Source: Kiritimatiellia bacterium (GTDB lineage Bacteria > Verrucomicrobiota > Kiritimatiellia > RFP12 > UBA3636). From it: 64,000 nt of DNA. This document shows, piece by piece, positions 30,592-40,118 of this stretch. Position 1 is the first letter of the stretch; each line of letters opens with the position of its first letter. The DNA is taken from NCBI GenBank assembly GCA_050942875.1, contig JBMNOD010000001.1, positions 16,597 through 80,596 on the forward strand. Direction: 5' to 3'. The translations under genes were made by a program, and so were the position numbers. Under the pieces are notes generated by a model. The model saw only the letters and a program-made list of their open reading frames with translations. It searched no databases and was not told where the DNA came from.

Positions 30592-32599
30592 GATTCGTTT
30601 CCTCGGGGGGCGGCGCCTTCATCTCCTCGGCCAGCGCCTCGGCGGCGAGGCCGGTCCTGGCCTCCAACGTCTCGCGGACCGCGACGGCGTCCGCGAGATC
30701 CGTCATGACCGTGGGCGTCACGAAGATCAGGATGTTGGTCTTCGTCACCGCCTTTGAATTCCAGCGGAAGAGCCAGCCCAGCAGCGGGATGTCGCCCAGC
30801 AGCGGCACCTTCTTCTTGATTTCGCTCTCGTCGTTGCGCGTGAGGCCCGCGATGACGATCGTCTGCCCGTCGGGCACCGTCATCGTCGTCTTGACCATCC
30901 GCTTTGAAATGGTCGGCACGTACTGGTCCGAGCCGCCCGCGTCGGTCACGGCCTCGATGCTCGGTTCGAGCTCCACCTTCACCAGGCCGCCGGGGATGAT
31001 GCTGGGCGTCATGTTGACCTTGACGCCGACGTCCATGCGCTTGATGTTCTGGATGAAGTCGCGATCCGCGCCCGAGCCGCTCACGGTGGACTCCAGGACG
31101 CCGATGTTGTCGACGATCGCCACCTCGGCGGGGTGGTTGTTCTGGGCGCCGAGCGACGTGTCGGAGAGAATCTTGACCTTGCTGTTGCGGCGGATCATGT
31201 CGAGGTTGAAGATCGCGGGGTAGTCGGCGACGATGTTGCCCGAGGCGTCGCGATGCGACCCGTGCGCGATGCCGAAGGTGAGCCCTTCGCCGAAGACGCC
31301 CTTCGAGATCGCGCCGAGGATGCCGCCGGCCGAGGCCGGATCCGCATTGAGGCGCGAGGCGCCGGCGAAGGCCGTGTCGCCCACCGAGTCCGGCGCGTTG
31401 AGCGCCGTGATGCCCACGCCCAGGGTCTCCGCATCGGCGCTGGCGACTTCCGCGATGAGCACCGAGATGTGGACCTGCTGCGGCATGACGTCGAAGGACT
31501 CGACGAGGCGCTTGACCTGCTGGAAGTCCTCGGGCGCGGCATCGACGAGCAGCATGTTGTTCGCCGGCATCGCCTCGACCGAAAGATGGCGCTTGCCCGC
31601 CCCGGCCGTCTGCACGGCGGATTTTTCGAGGAGCGTCGTGAGGTTCTTGGCGACGTCCTCCGCCTTGAGGTAGTTGAGCGCGATCACATTGAGCGCGCTG
31701 CGCCCCGAAGGCGCCGCGATGTCCATCTGGCGGACCAGCCCGCGAATCTGCTCGATCTGCTTCGCCGTGCCTGTGACGATCAGCCGGTTGGCATGCTCGG
31801 CGGGGACGATCGTGGGGGCGCTCGCGGCGGCGCCGGCCGACGCCGTGCCGTCGGCGCCGGGGATGCGCGTCAGAAGTTGCTCGGCCCGGCTCTGCGTCTG
31901 CGCATAGGCCGCGCCGATCTGGCGCGCCAGCGCGACGGCGTCCGCATGCTCGAGCGGGACGACCTCGACGATCCGCGCCATGCCCGGCTTGTCGAGATGC
32001 TTCACGAGATCCTCGACGCGCTGCACCCCCTCGGCCGTGTCGGTGAAGATCAGGTGGTTCGTCTCGTCGAGCGCGCTCACGAAGTCCTTGCGCTGGAGGT
32101 GCGTCTCCAGCATCTTGCGCATCTCGCTCGCGTTCACGTGCTCGAGGTGCATGATGCGCGTGACGAGGCCGAACGTCGGCTTCTCGTCGCCGTCGGCGAC
32201 GATCGCGCCCATGCCCGCCTTGCGCTCGGGGAGCCGCACGATGCGGTCGATCTCGCCTTCGCGCTGCACGGTGAAGCCCGACGATTCCAGCACGCCCACG
32301 AAGAGCGGCCACGCCGTCTCGCGCGAGACCTTCGGCGACACGACGGTGATCTTGCCCGCCACGTCCTCGGCCACCACGAAGCGCCGCCCCGTGAAGGCGC
32401 CGACGATCTGCGTGAAGAGCCGGATGTCCACCTGCTCGAAATTGAACAGCAGGAAGTCTTCGCTCTCCCCCGTGCGCACCGGGGCGGGGGCAGGCGCCAC
32501 CCCGGCTCCGGTCGCGGCGGCGCCAGGCGCCTGCGCGAACGCGCCCGCCGCGACGGCGGCCGCGACGCAAGCAAAGGCGAAAGTTCGGAAAACGTTCAT
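30575..32599 (-). CDS. secretin family outer-membrane channel (GspD/PilQ-like)
   Basis: 674 aa from MNVFRTFAFACVAAAVAAGAFA (signal peptide, ATG 32599). Secretin C-domain with VPLLGDIPLLGWLFR and N-terminal secretin_N-like repeats. Sits between lpxA and metY. Confidence 0.8.
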   Translation of the reverse strand: MNVFRTFAFACVAAAVAAGAFAQAPGAAATGAGVAPAPAPVRTGESEDFLLFNFEQVDIRLFTQIVGAFTGRRFVVAEDVAGKITVVSPKVSRETAWPLFVGVLESSGFTVQREGEIDRIVRLPERKAGMGAIVADGDEKPTFGLVTRIMHLEHVNASEMRKMLETHLQRKDFVSALDETNHLIFTDTAEGVQRVEDLVKHLDKPGMARIVEVVPLEHADAVALARQIGAAYAQTQSRAEQLLTRIPGADGTASAGAAASAPTIVPAEHANRLIVTGTAKQIEQIRGLVRQMDIAAPSGRSALNVIALNYLKAEDVAKNLTTLLEKSAVQTAGAGKRHLSVEAMPANNMLLVDAAPEDFQQVKRLVESFDVMPQQVHISVLIAEVASADAETLGVGITALNAPDSVGDTAFAGASRLNADPASAGGILGAISKGVFGEGLTFGIAHGSHRDASGNIVADYPAIFNLDMIRRNSKVKILSDTSLGAQNNHPAEVAIVDNIGVLESTVSGSGADRDFIQNIKRMDVGVKVNMTPSIIPGGLVKVELEPSIEAVTDAGGSDQYVPTISKRMVKTTMTVPDGQTIVIAGLTRNDESEIKKKVPLLGDIPLLGWLFRWNSKAVTKTNILIFVTPTVMTDLADAVAVRETLEARTGLAAEALAEEMKAPPPEETNHEDKH

Positions 32600-33369
32600 C
32601 GGATCACACCGCGCTGGGTTGACTTGAAGAAATCGACGAGCGTCGCAACCTCCGGAGGCATGGGCTGCCGCTTCTCGATCTCGGCGATCGCGTCGCTCAC
32701 ATTCAGCCCCGAACGGCAGAGCAGCTTGTGCGCCGACTTCAGGGCGTTCCGCGTCTCTTCGGGAAAGCCCCGCCGCGTCAGGCCGACCAGGTTGATGCTG
32801 CGGGCCTCCGCCGGATTGCCGCCCGTGATGAGGTACGGCGCCGCATCCTGCACGATCAGCGACGACGCGCCGATCATCGCGTGGCACCCGATCCGGCAGA
32901 ACTGGTGAACCCCGCAGAGGCCGCTGATGACGGCATGGTCCCCCACCGTCACTTCGCCGGCGAACTGCGTGGCGTTCGAGACGATGACGTGGTCGCCGAA
33001 GACGCACCCGTGCGCGAGATGGACGTAGGCCATGAGCAGGCAGTCGCTGCCGACCCTGGTGACCTCCCCGTCCGACGTGCCGCAGTTGATCGTGACGTAC
33101 TCGCGCATCACCGTGCGCTCGCCGACGTCGACATGCGTGGTGCCGCCGGCGTACTTCAAGTCCTGGGTCTTGCCGCCGATGTGCGCGAAGGGATGCACTT
33201 CGCAGCCCGCCCCCAGCGTCGTGTGGCCGCTGACCATCGCGTGGGCGAAAATCTTGCAGCCGTCCCCGAGGACGACGTTCGGGCCGATGACGGCATAGGG
33301 GCCGACGACAACGCCGTTGCCAAGCTGTGCGCCATCCTCGATGACGGCCGTGGGATGAATCTGGGACAT
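32596..33369 (-). CDS. lpxA: acyl-ACP--UDP-N-acetylglucosamine O-acyltransferase
   Basis: Left-handed beta-helix hexapeptide repeats and LpxA C-terminal helical domain; 257 aa. Confidence 0.9.
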   Translation of the reverse strand: MSQIHPTAVIEDGAQLGNGVVVGPYAVIGPNVVLGDGCKIFAHAMVSGHTTLGAGCEVHPFAHIGGKTQDLKYAGGTTHVDVGERTVMREYVTINCGTSDGEVTRVGSDCLLMAYVHLAHGCVFGDHVIVSNATQFAGEVTVGDHAVISGLCGVHQFCRIGCHAMIGASSLIVQDAAPYLITGGNPAEARSINLVGLTRRGFPEETRNALKSAHKLLCRSGLNVSDAIAEIEKRQPMPPEVATLVDFFKSTQRGVIR

Positions 33370-33402
33370 GGCTTCCTCGCCTCTCTTTCTACGCTTTGCT
33401 TC

Positions 33403-33876
33403 TTACTTCGCTTCGGGTTTCTTCGCGCCCGAGCGCGCGGACTTGGGCTGGAGCATGAACATCATCGTCGCCTCCGCCGCGATTTCGCCATCGACGGTGA
33501 TCGTGCCCTGAATCTTGGCGATCATGCGGCGGTTGCTGACGAGCTTCGTCTCGATGCGAAGCTGGTCGCCCGGCTGGACGATCCGGCGAAACTTCGCGCT
33601 GTCCACGGAGAGCAGAATCGTGTCGAAGTCCGGCACCGTCTCCATGTTGCTGAGGATCATGAGCCCCGCCGCCTGGGCGATCGCCTCGATCTGAAGCACG
33701 CCGGGCATCACGGGATAGCCGGGGAAATGACCTTGGAAGAAAAGTTCGTTCATCGTGGCGTTCTTGATCGCCACCAGATGCGTGCCGCCCTCGGTTTCCA
33801 GCACGCGATCCACCAGCAAAAAAGGGTGGCGGTGCGGAAGGAGCTCCAGGATTTTGTCGATGCCAAATGATTTCAT
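33403..33876 (-). CDS. fabZ: 3-hydroxyacyl-ACP dehydratase
   Basis: 157 aa from MKSFGIDKILELLPHRHPFLLVD (ATG 33876); hot-dog fold with FxGHFP motif (FFQGHFPGYPVMPGVL). Confidence 0.88.
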   Translation of the reverse strand: MKSFGIDKILELLPHRHPFLLVDRVLETEGGTHLVAIKNATMNELFFQGHFPGYPVMPGVLQIEAIAQAAGLMILSNMETVPDFDTILLSVDSAKFRRIVQPGDQLRIETKLVSNRRMIAKIQGTITVDGEIAAEATMMFMLQPKSARSGAKKPEAK

Positions 33877-34004
33877 CTCGAGTTCTCGTTGCGATTGCAG
33901 CTTCCGGCGAAGCCCTCGTCGGGAATCCAACTGCTTTCGATTGGCGGCAATCATAGCAAAAACCACCCCTTCCAGCAAGGACACTTGTCACCCCCCTGCA
34001 AGCC

Positions 34005-34726
34005 GGGTGTGTGTCAGAAAAGTGACAAACAAATCCAGCATTGCCTATGTCATGCGTATTGAAAGGGTTTTTGTGTAGTGCTTTCGCTGCAATCGAACCG
34101 TGCCTTGCACCGTCGCTGTTTTCTCCTTTTCAGGAGGTGTGTTTTCATTGCCATGCCCCTCCCTGCACGCCTCTGTGCCTGTTTAGTGAGGAGTGAGAAG
34201 TGAGAAGAGCGTAGTTCAGGCCGGGGACACCCCAGACCCCGTTTTTAGACAGGGTTGCAGGATTTGCAGGATTAGGATTGGACTCCCCGGAATCTTGTCA
34301 ATCTTGTAATCTTGTCCAAGACTGCGCCACCTGCGCCGCGCCACCTACGATTTTTGTGGCTATGAAGGGAACTTGGAATTGGGGCGTGGCCGTGGCGGCT
34401 TCGCCGAGCGGGGAATGGCCACGAAAAACACAAAGACGCACAAAAAGTGGGTGGCGGTGGTGGGGGTTTGGACAAGATTACAAGATTGACAAGATTGCCT
34501 TGGTGGATGGAATCCTATCCAAAAAACGGGGTCTGGGGCGTCCCCGGCCTGAACTACGCTCTACGCTCTTCTCACTCCTCACTATGCGAAGGGCGACGCG
34601 GCGCAGGTGGAGGTTTTTGATCTAAAACAGGCACAGAGGGGGATTGGTTTTGAATTTGGCATCAGGAATGCCTCCATGTTTCATGGAAGCTCAAGGAACC
34701 ATGTTACGATTCTGACACACACCTTG
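34005..34726. mobile_element. MITE-like non-autonomous element, copy 1 (~722 bp), with giant internal foldback
   Basis: 15-bp terminal inverted repeats GGGTGTGTGTCAGAA (34005..34019) and TTCTGACACACACC (34713..34726). 8-bp direct repeat TGCAAGCC abuts both ends (33997..34004 and 34728..34735). The interior ~34165..34645 is a long near-perfect palindrome. Confidence 0.6.
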
Positions 34727-34916
34727 CAAGCCTGTTCTTGAAGTTAACAGGTTAACCTGTTTTTAATCACAAAACCAAATCAACAATTGGTATTATCCTC
34801 AGCGTAAGTGGATAAAGGGGTAGGACGGCATTCGACATCAAGGCAAACCCTTCCTTGCAAGCTGGAACAATCCCCTGCTGTATCAATGGTCGCAACGTGA
34901 AATCTGGAGGCTTCAC

Positions 34917-37704
34917 ATGAATTGGAACAAGCACATCAACGAAAATGCATCACGCCAGGAAACACGCCTGCATGGGATGCGGAGACTCGCCCTCGTCGCG
35001 TTATTGACGGCTTCCGGCGCCGCCGGCGCCCAAACGCTGTACTGGGGCGGCGGAACCACGGACATCGCCGACGACACGCCCCTTCCAACCGACGCGGCGC
35101 TGCTGAGCGGCACGTGGGACGCCACGACCCGGAACTGGACGACATCCCCCACGCCCGGCGCCTACACGTCGTTCATCGACGGCGCCGACGTGCAATTGGG
35201 GTGCTACACGAACATCAACGACGATGCGCTCGTCACGCTCGAAGCCAATCAAAGAATCGGCTCCCTGACCGCCTGCATGAGCCTGGCGAACAATTACAAT
35301 CGCGACTTCGGACTGACCGCCGCCGCGCCCGTGACCCTGACGGCCTCCGGCGCGAAATTCGTCGTCAACACCGTCGCGCCGCAAGTGACACGGCGCATCA
35401 CGCTCTACCGCAACGTGTCCCTCGCCGGAGACGTCCCGTTCGAAAAAACAGGGCGCGGCAGCTTCTACATCAACTCCGACAGCAGCGGCTACACCGGGAG
35501 CGTCCGCACCTCGATGGGGACTCTCTATCTCGAGGCCTCCGGCTCCCTGAGGGGCGTGCCCCGCTTCGTGTTGGCCGGAATCCCCATGAGCGCCATAGCG
35601 ACCAGCTACAGCGGAAACCCCTTCAGCACGGGAAACATGACGTTCTCCCCCCCCCTCGGGGGCAAACGACAAGCTGGACGACTCGGCCTTGATCGTCTTG
35701 AAGCGCGGCGCCTTCGAATTCCGCGGAGCGGGGGGCAGAACCGAAACCATCGGACGCATCGATGTCGAGACATGGGGCGTTCTCGGAGCCTGGGAGGGCA
35801 ACACGGACGGCATCCTCACCCTCTCGGATCCAACGGCCGGCCTGACGCGCGGGAGCACCGGCTCGGGCATGGCGATGGTTCACGTCAACGCCTCGGGCGC
35901 GCCCTTGGGCAACTTCAGCGTGCCCAACGGCATCGAGACGGACACGCTTCTGCCCTGGATCGCCACCAGCCGGGGAAGCTTCATGTATGTGGACAGCGCC
36001 GACAACAACACCCTGAAACAGGTCGCGGTGAGCGAAGCCGCAACCAACGTGACGACCTGGACGAGCCTCTACGACGCCACGAGCAACGTGCGGGTCGGCA
36101 ACGACTCAAGCGTCGCGCTCGCGGGGGCGCTGGACGGCTCCCTGACCCTGAAGTCCCTCGGCTTCTTCAACAACAGCGCCACGACGTTGGACCTCGGCGC
36201 CACCAACACCCTGACCCTGGCTTCCGGCGGCATCGCCTTCTACCCGGGAAGCTGGGGTGCGCATCAGACCCTGGCCAACGGCGCCCTTGCCTCCGGCTCC
36301 GGCACGCTCCATCTGCACAGCGGCGACTCGTCCATGTCGACGACGCTGATCCTCTCTTCGCCCATCGTCGGCGCCGACACGGACGTCGTCAAGGCGGGCG
36401 TCGGCCAGGTGGAGTTCCGGGGAACGAACAGCAACACCTACGGCGGAACGACGATCGTCAACGGCGGGAATCTGCTTCTGGACAAGACGGACGGCGCCAT
36501 TGCCATCCCCGGCCCCCTGGTCGTGCGCTACGGCGGCTCGGTCGACGCCCATGCCGGCAACATCAACCCGACAGCGGACGTGACGATCGAGTCCGGGGGG
36601 TTGATCTACGCCCAGAGCCAGACTTACAGCGGCGTCCTGAAACTGACGGGCGGAACCCTGCTCTTCCCCAATGCATGGATCACCTTGAACCACGCGACAA
36701 CGCCCGGCCTCGTCTTCAACGGCGGCTGGATCAACTACGACTCGAGCTGGTACGGCGGCATCCACCTCCAGACCGACGTGCGCTACGAAAGCACGGCCGA
36801 GACGCAGGCGCGCTTCGAACGCCTCGAATGGAACTACCCCAACGCTTCCTACAACATCAGGCTCAACGGCGGCAACCGCACCTTCGACATCGCCGACTCC
36901 GCCACGCTCCCCGCCGACGTTCCCGAAATGGTCGTCGACACGGCCATCGTCGACGGCTCCCCGGCCGGCGGCGCCCTGACCAAGACCGGCGCGGGCGTCT
37001 TGCAGCTCTCCTACACGAACAGCTACACCGGCGGCACGACGGTGAACGGCGGGACGCTGCGCGTCGCGAAAATCACCGCGCCCGCCCAAAGCGGACTCTC
37101 CGCCTACACCGTGGCCGGAATCGGATCGCACATCGTCACCTTCACCCAACCCGTCGCAAGGGACATGGTCGTCGGCCAGCAGATCACCGGATCGACGATC
37201 CCGACGAATCGCACGGTCACGGTCGCGCGCGTCCTCAACGACTGCGAAATCATGACGAACGGCGAAAACGTCAACGGCGCTTCCACGAACGTGGCCGTCG
37301 CCGCCGTGTCGCGCGCCGGCAGCCTCGGCACGGGCCCCGCGACCGTCAACAACGCCGCCACGCTCGAAATCGACGACGGCATCGCGCTGGCCAACGACGT
37401 CACCGTCAACGCGGGCGGCACCATCGCCGCCTCCGGCGCAGGCCTCGGCAGCCTCGTCGTCGATGGCGGGACCGTCTCGGCCCGACTGGCGAAGGGCCCC
37501 CTCGCCATGACCGGCGCCTTGAGCCTCGACGACGCGACGCTGGCCGTCGACTCGCTGCCCGGCGACGAGCCCGTGACGATCCTGTCGGCCGCCGGCGGCG
37601 TCACCGGGAAATTCACGAGCATCCCCGACAAAGTCACCGTGCGGTACCACCCCACCTCCGTCACGGTGAGCCGGCTCAAAGGCACGCTCGTCATGGTTCA
37701 ATAA
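34917..37704 (+). pseudogene. PATR-repeat autotransporter-like surface protein gene, frameshifted at a C9 homopolymer (phase-variable or pseudogene)
   Basis: GGAGG Shine-Dalgarno and ATG 34917; signal peptide MRRLALVALLTASGAAGA. N-terminal part reads in frame 3 through C9 at 35647..35655, and the PATR-repeat body (TKTGAGVLQLSYTNSYTGGTTVNGGTLRV etc.) continues in frame 1 (track ORF 35689..37704). Removing one C gives a continuous ...NMTFSPPSGANDKLDDSALIVLKRGAFEFRGAGG... reading. The track ORF tail 35700..38027 is Arg-rich nonsense. Confidence 0.7.
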
Positions 37705-37774
37705 GTAAGGAAGGCTCAGGGGTCAACGGCAAGACCCCTGAACCCCGCTCCTGCCCCCTTGGGGTGCGCGGCAA

Positions 37775-38815
37775 CTATGTTGACGCGCACCCTTTTTCTT
37801 TCTCCCCGTCCCGCCACACCAGGTTGACGGCCATCGTGGCCGGATGCGTCGGCAGCCCGCGCTCGCCGACGCGCAACAGCGAATCCAGCCACTCCACGGC
37901 GCGCCGCCCCACTTCGTCCGGGGAAAGACAAAGCCCGCTCCCGACTGCGGTCGGTTCGCTGATCCACAAGTTCGTAAAGCCCACCGCGTCGGGAACCGCC
38001 CATCCGGAATTCTTCAGCAGCCAGTAGAACGCGTTGTTGAAGCCGAGGACCATGTCCGGCTTGTGCTTGCGCATCCATTCATCCACAAGACGCTCGACAA
38101 CGGCTTGGGGAACGGCGTCCTTGTCCGCCGGACGGCCCTCTCTGATCCAGATTTTGATCTTCAGCACGGGAATGCGGCTGCGAACGGGAACCATCTGCTG
38201 CCGATCGAGAAAGGCCGCCTCGCGGTCATGCATGTCCAGCGCCGTCGGCATGTCCAACAGCATCATCCCGATCCGGCGACAGCCGGCGGCCCGGCATCGA
38301 TCCCAGGCTTCCTGCACGGCGCGGAAGTGGTTCGGCATCACCAGATTCACCGGCGGACACTCCACGCCCTTGCTGCACGCCACGGAGATGAAGCGGGACC
38401 AGTCGAACCTGGCGCAGAATCCCGGCGTGAAAATCTGGCCCACCAGCACGCCGACGATGCCGCGGTTGTAGAGCGTCTTCGACAATTTCCAGGGATCCGG
38501 ATGATCCGAGCACACGTACTTCTCCAACCGGTAGCCATAGGCCGCCGCCCGCTCCTCCATGCCGTCAAGCCCCTCCAGTTTGTCCCCGACAACCGCCAGC
38601 GTCTCCCCCCCGGCTTTCGGACGACGCTTCCAACGATGCGCCGCCAGCGCGGACAACATCGGATCCGGACGATAGCCCAGCTTCGCGGCGATCTTCCAGA
38701 TGCGCGCCCGGGTCTCGGATGAAATGCGCGTGCTCCCGCGCAACGCCAGCGAGACGGTTGCATTCGTGCATCCGGCTTCCTTCGCAATGTCCCTCAGTGT
38801 CGGCCGCTTGTCCAT
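37775..38815 (-). CDS. LacI-family transcriptional regulator
   Basis: N-terminal HTH PTLRDIAKEAGCTNATVSLALRG plus periplasmic-binding-like sugar-binding domain; 346 aa. Confidence 0.8.
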   Translation of the reverse strand: MDKRPTLRDIAKEAGCTNATVSLALRGSTRISSETRARIWKIAAKLGYRPDPMLSALAAHRWKRRPKAGGETLAVVGDKLEGLDGMEERAAAYGYRLEKYVCSDHPDPWKLSKTLYNRGIVGVLVGQIFTPGFCARFDWSRFISVACSKGVECPPVNLVMPNHFRAVQEAWDRCRAAGCRRIGMMLLDMPTALDMHDREAAFLDRQQMVPVRSRIPVLKIKIWIREGRPADKDAVPQAVVERLVDEWMRKHKPDMVLGFNNAFYWLLKNSGWAVPDAVGFTNLWISEPTAVGSGLCLSPDEVGRRAVEWLDSLLRVGERGLPTHPATMAVNLVWRDGEKEKGCAST

Positions 38816-38874
38816 GGCTTGATTATAGCAAATCGGTTTGTCCGGTTAAATGAAAAAAACGCCGGCGTTGGAAG

Positions 38875-39133
38875 TGGGTGTGTGTCAGAATCGTAACATG
38901 GTTCCTTGAGTTTCCATGAAACATGGAGGCTTTCTTGATGCCAACTTCAAAATCAACAGGCACACTGGACGTGGGAGCGGCATGGCAATGAAAACACGCT
39001 TCTGAAATCAAGAAGGGACGGCGACGATGCAAGGCACGGCTCGATTGCGGTGAAAGCACTGCACCAAATTCCCTTTCAATGCGCATGACATGGGCAATGC
39101 CGGATTTGTCTGTCACTTTTTTGACACACACCC
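38875..39133. mobile_element. MITE-like element, copy 2 (259 bp, inverted and internally deleted relative to copy 1)
   Basis: TIRs GGGTGTGTGTCAGAA (38875..38889) and TTTTGACACACACCC (39119..39133), with 8-bp TSD TTGGAAGT at 38867..38874 and 39134..39141. The two ends are ~90% identical to the two ends of copy 1 in reverse complement. Confidence 0.6.
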
Positions 39134-39380
39134 TTGGAAGTGTCTTGGGGACTCTTGCTCCGTTCAGGTTCGTCGCAGCACGGCCGAATTCCCCGACGGC
39201 AGGCTCGTCCTTCGAAAATCATGCCGTCTTGGGACAGGCTCTGTCTAGACTCTCCAGCGACTGGGAATCGGTCGAGTCAATCAACGACCTGGAATTGTCC
39301 GCCCTCTCCGATTGACTGATTACGCCTGATTGCGTTTTCATGTTGCACCTGCGCCGCCTTTCCTGCGATAATCCACCGGC

Positions 39381-40118
39381 ATGGAAGCTTACGACATCAC
39401 TTCTTTCGAACAGCGCCTCGACGGCATCCACGACCGGATCGCCGCTGCCGCCGCCCGCGCGGGGCGCTCGCCCGACGACATCCAGCTCGTGGCCGTCTCG
39501 AAGACCTTCCCGCCGGACGTCGTCGACGCCGCGCAGCGCGCCGACGTCTCCGTCTTCGGCGAAAGCCGCGTCCAGGAAGCGCTCGCCAAGGCCGCCGCCT
39601 GCGGCGCGGCCGAATGGCACTTCATCGGCCGCCTCCAGCGCAACAAAGTCCGCCACGCCCTCTCGCTCTTCACCACCATCCACAGCGTCGATTCCCTCCC
39701 GCTGCTCCACGACATCGCCCGCATCCAGGACGAAACGGGCGCGCGCCCGCGCCTCCTGCTCCAGGTCAACGTCGCCGGCGAAGCCTCGAAAATCGGCTTC
39801 AGCCCCGCGACCGTCCGCAGCGCCCTGCGCGAAGCCCTCGACATCGGCGGGATCGACATCGTCGGCCTCATGACCCTCCCGCCCTGGGTTCCGGATCCCG
39901 AATTGTCCCGCCCCCACTTCCAGACGTTGCGCACCCTGCGCGACGCGCTTCAGGACGACGTCGGCATCAGCCTCCCCGAGCTGTCGATGGGCATGTCCGG
40001 GGATTTCGAAGTCGCCATCGAAGAGGGCGCCACCTTCGTCCGCATCGGCACCGCCCTCTTCGGCAAGCGCGGGAGCTGGAAACCGCAACGTTCGCTCGAC
40101 ACCGATGATTTCGTTTGA
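39381..40118 (+). CDS. yggS: YggS-family pyridoxal-phosphate homeostasis protein
   Basis: 245 aa with alanine-racemase-N-like fold and conserved AVSK PLP-lysine region (LVAVSKTFP). Confidence 0.85.
   Translation: MEAYDITSFEQRLDGIHDRIAAAAARAGRSPDDIQLVAVSKTFPPDVVDAAQRADVSVFGESRVQEALAKAAACGAAEWHFIGRLQRNKVRHALSLFTTIHSVDSLPLLHDIARIQDETGARPRLLLQVNVAGEASKIGFSPATVRSALREALDIGGIDIVGLMTLPPWVPDPELSRPHFQTLRTLRDALQDDVGISLPELSMGMSGDFEVAIEEGATFVRIGTALFGKRGSWKPQRSLDTDDFV

Noticed and set aside
34917-38027. Reading the track ORF as a genuine 1036-aa protein
   Set aside because: Only the first ~245 codons look proteinaceous. After the C9 tract the frame becomes Arg-rich nonsense, whereas the overlapping frame (35689..37704) carries coherent PATR repeats. 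Treated as a frameshifted gene.
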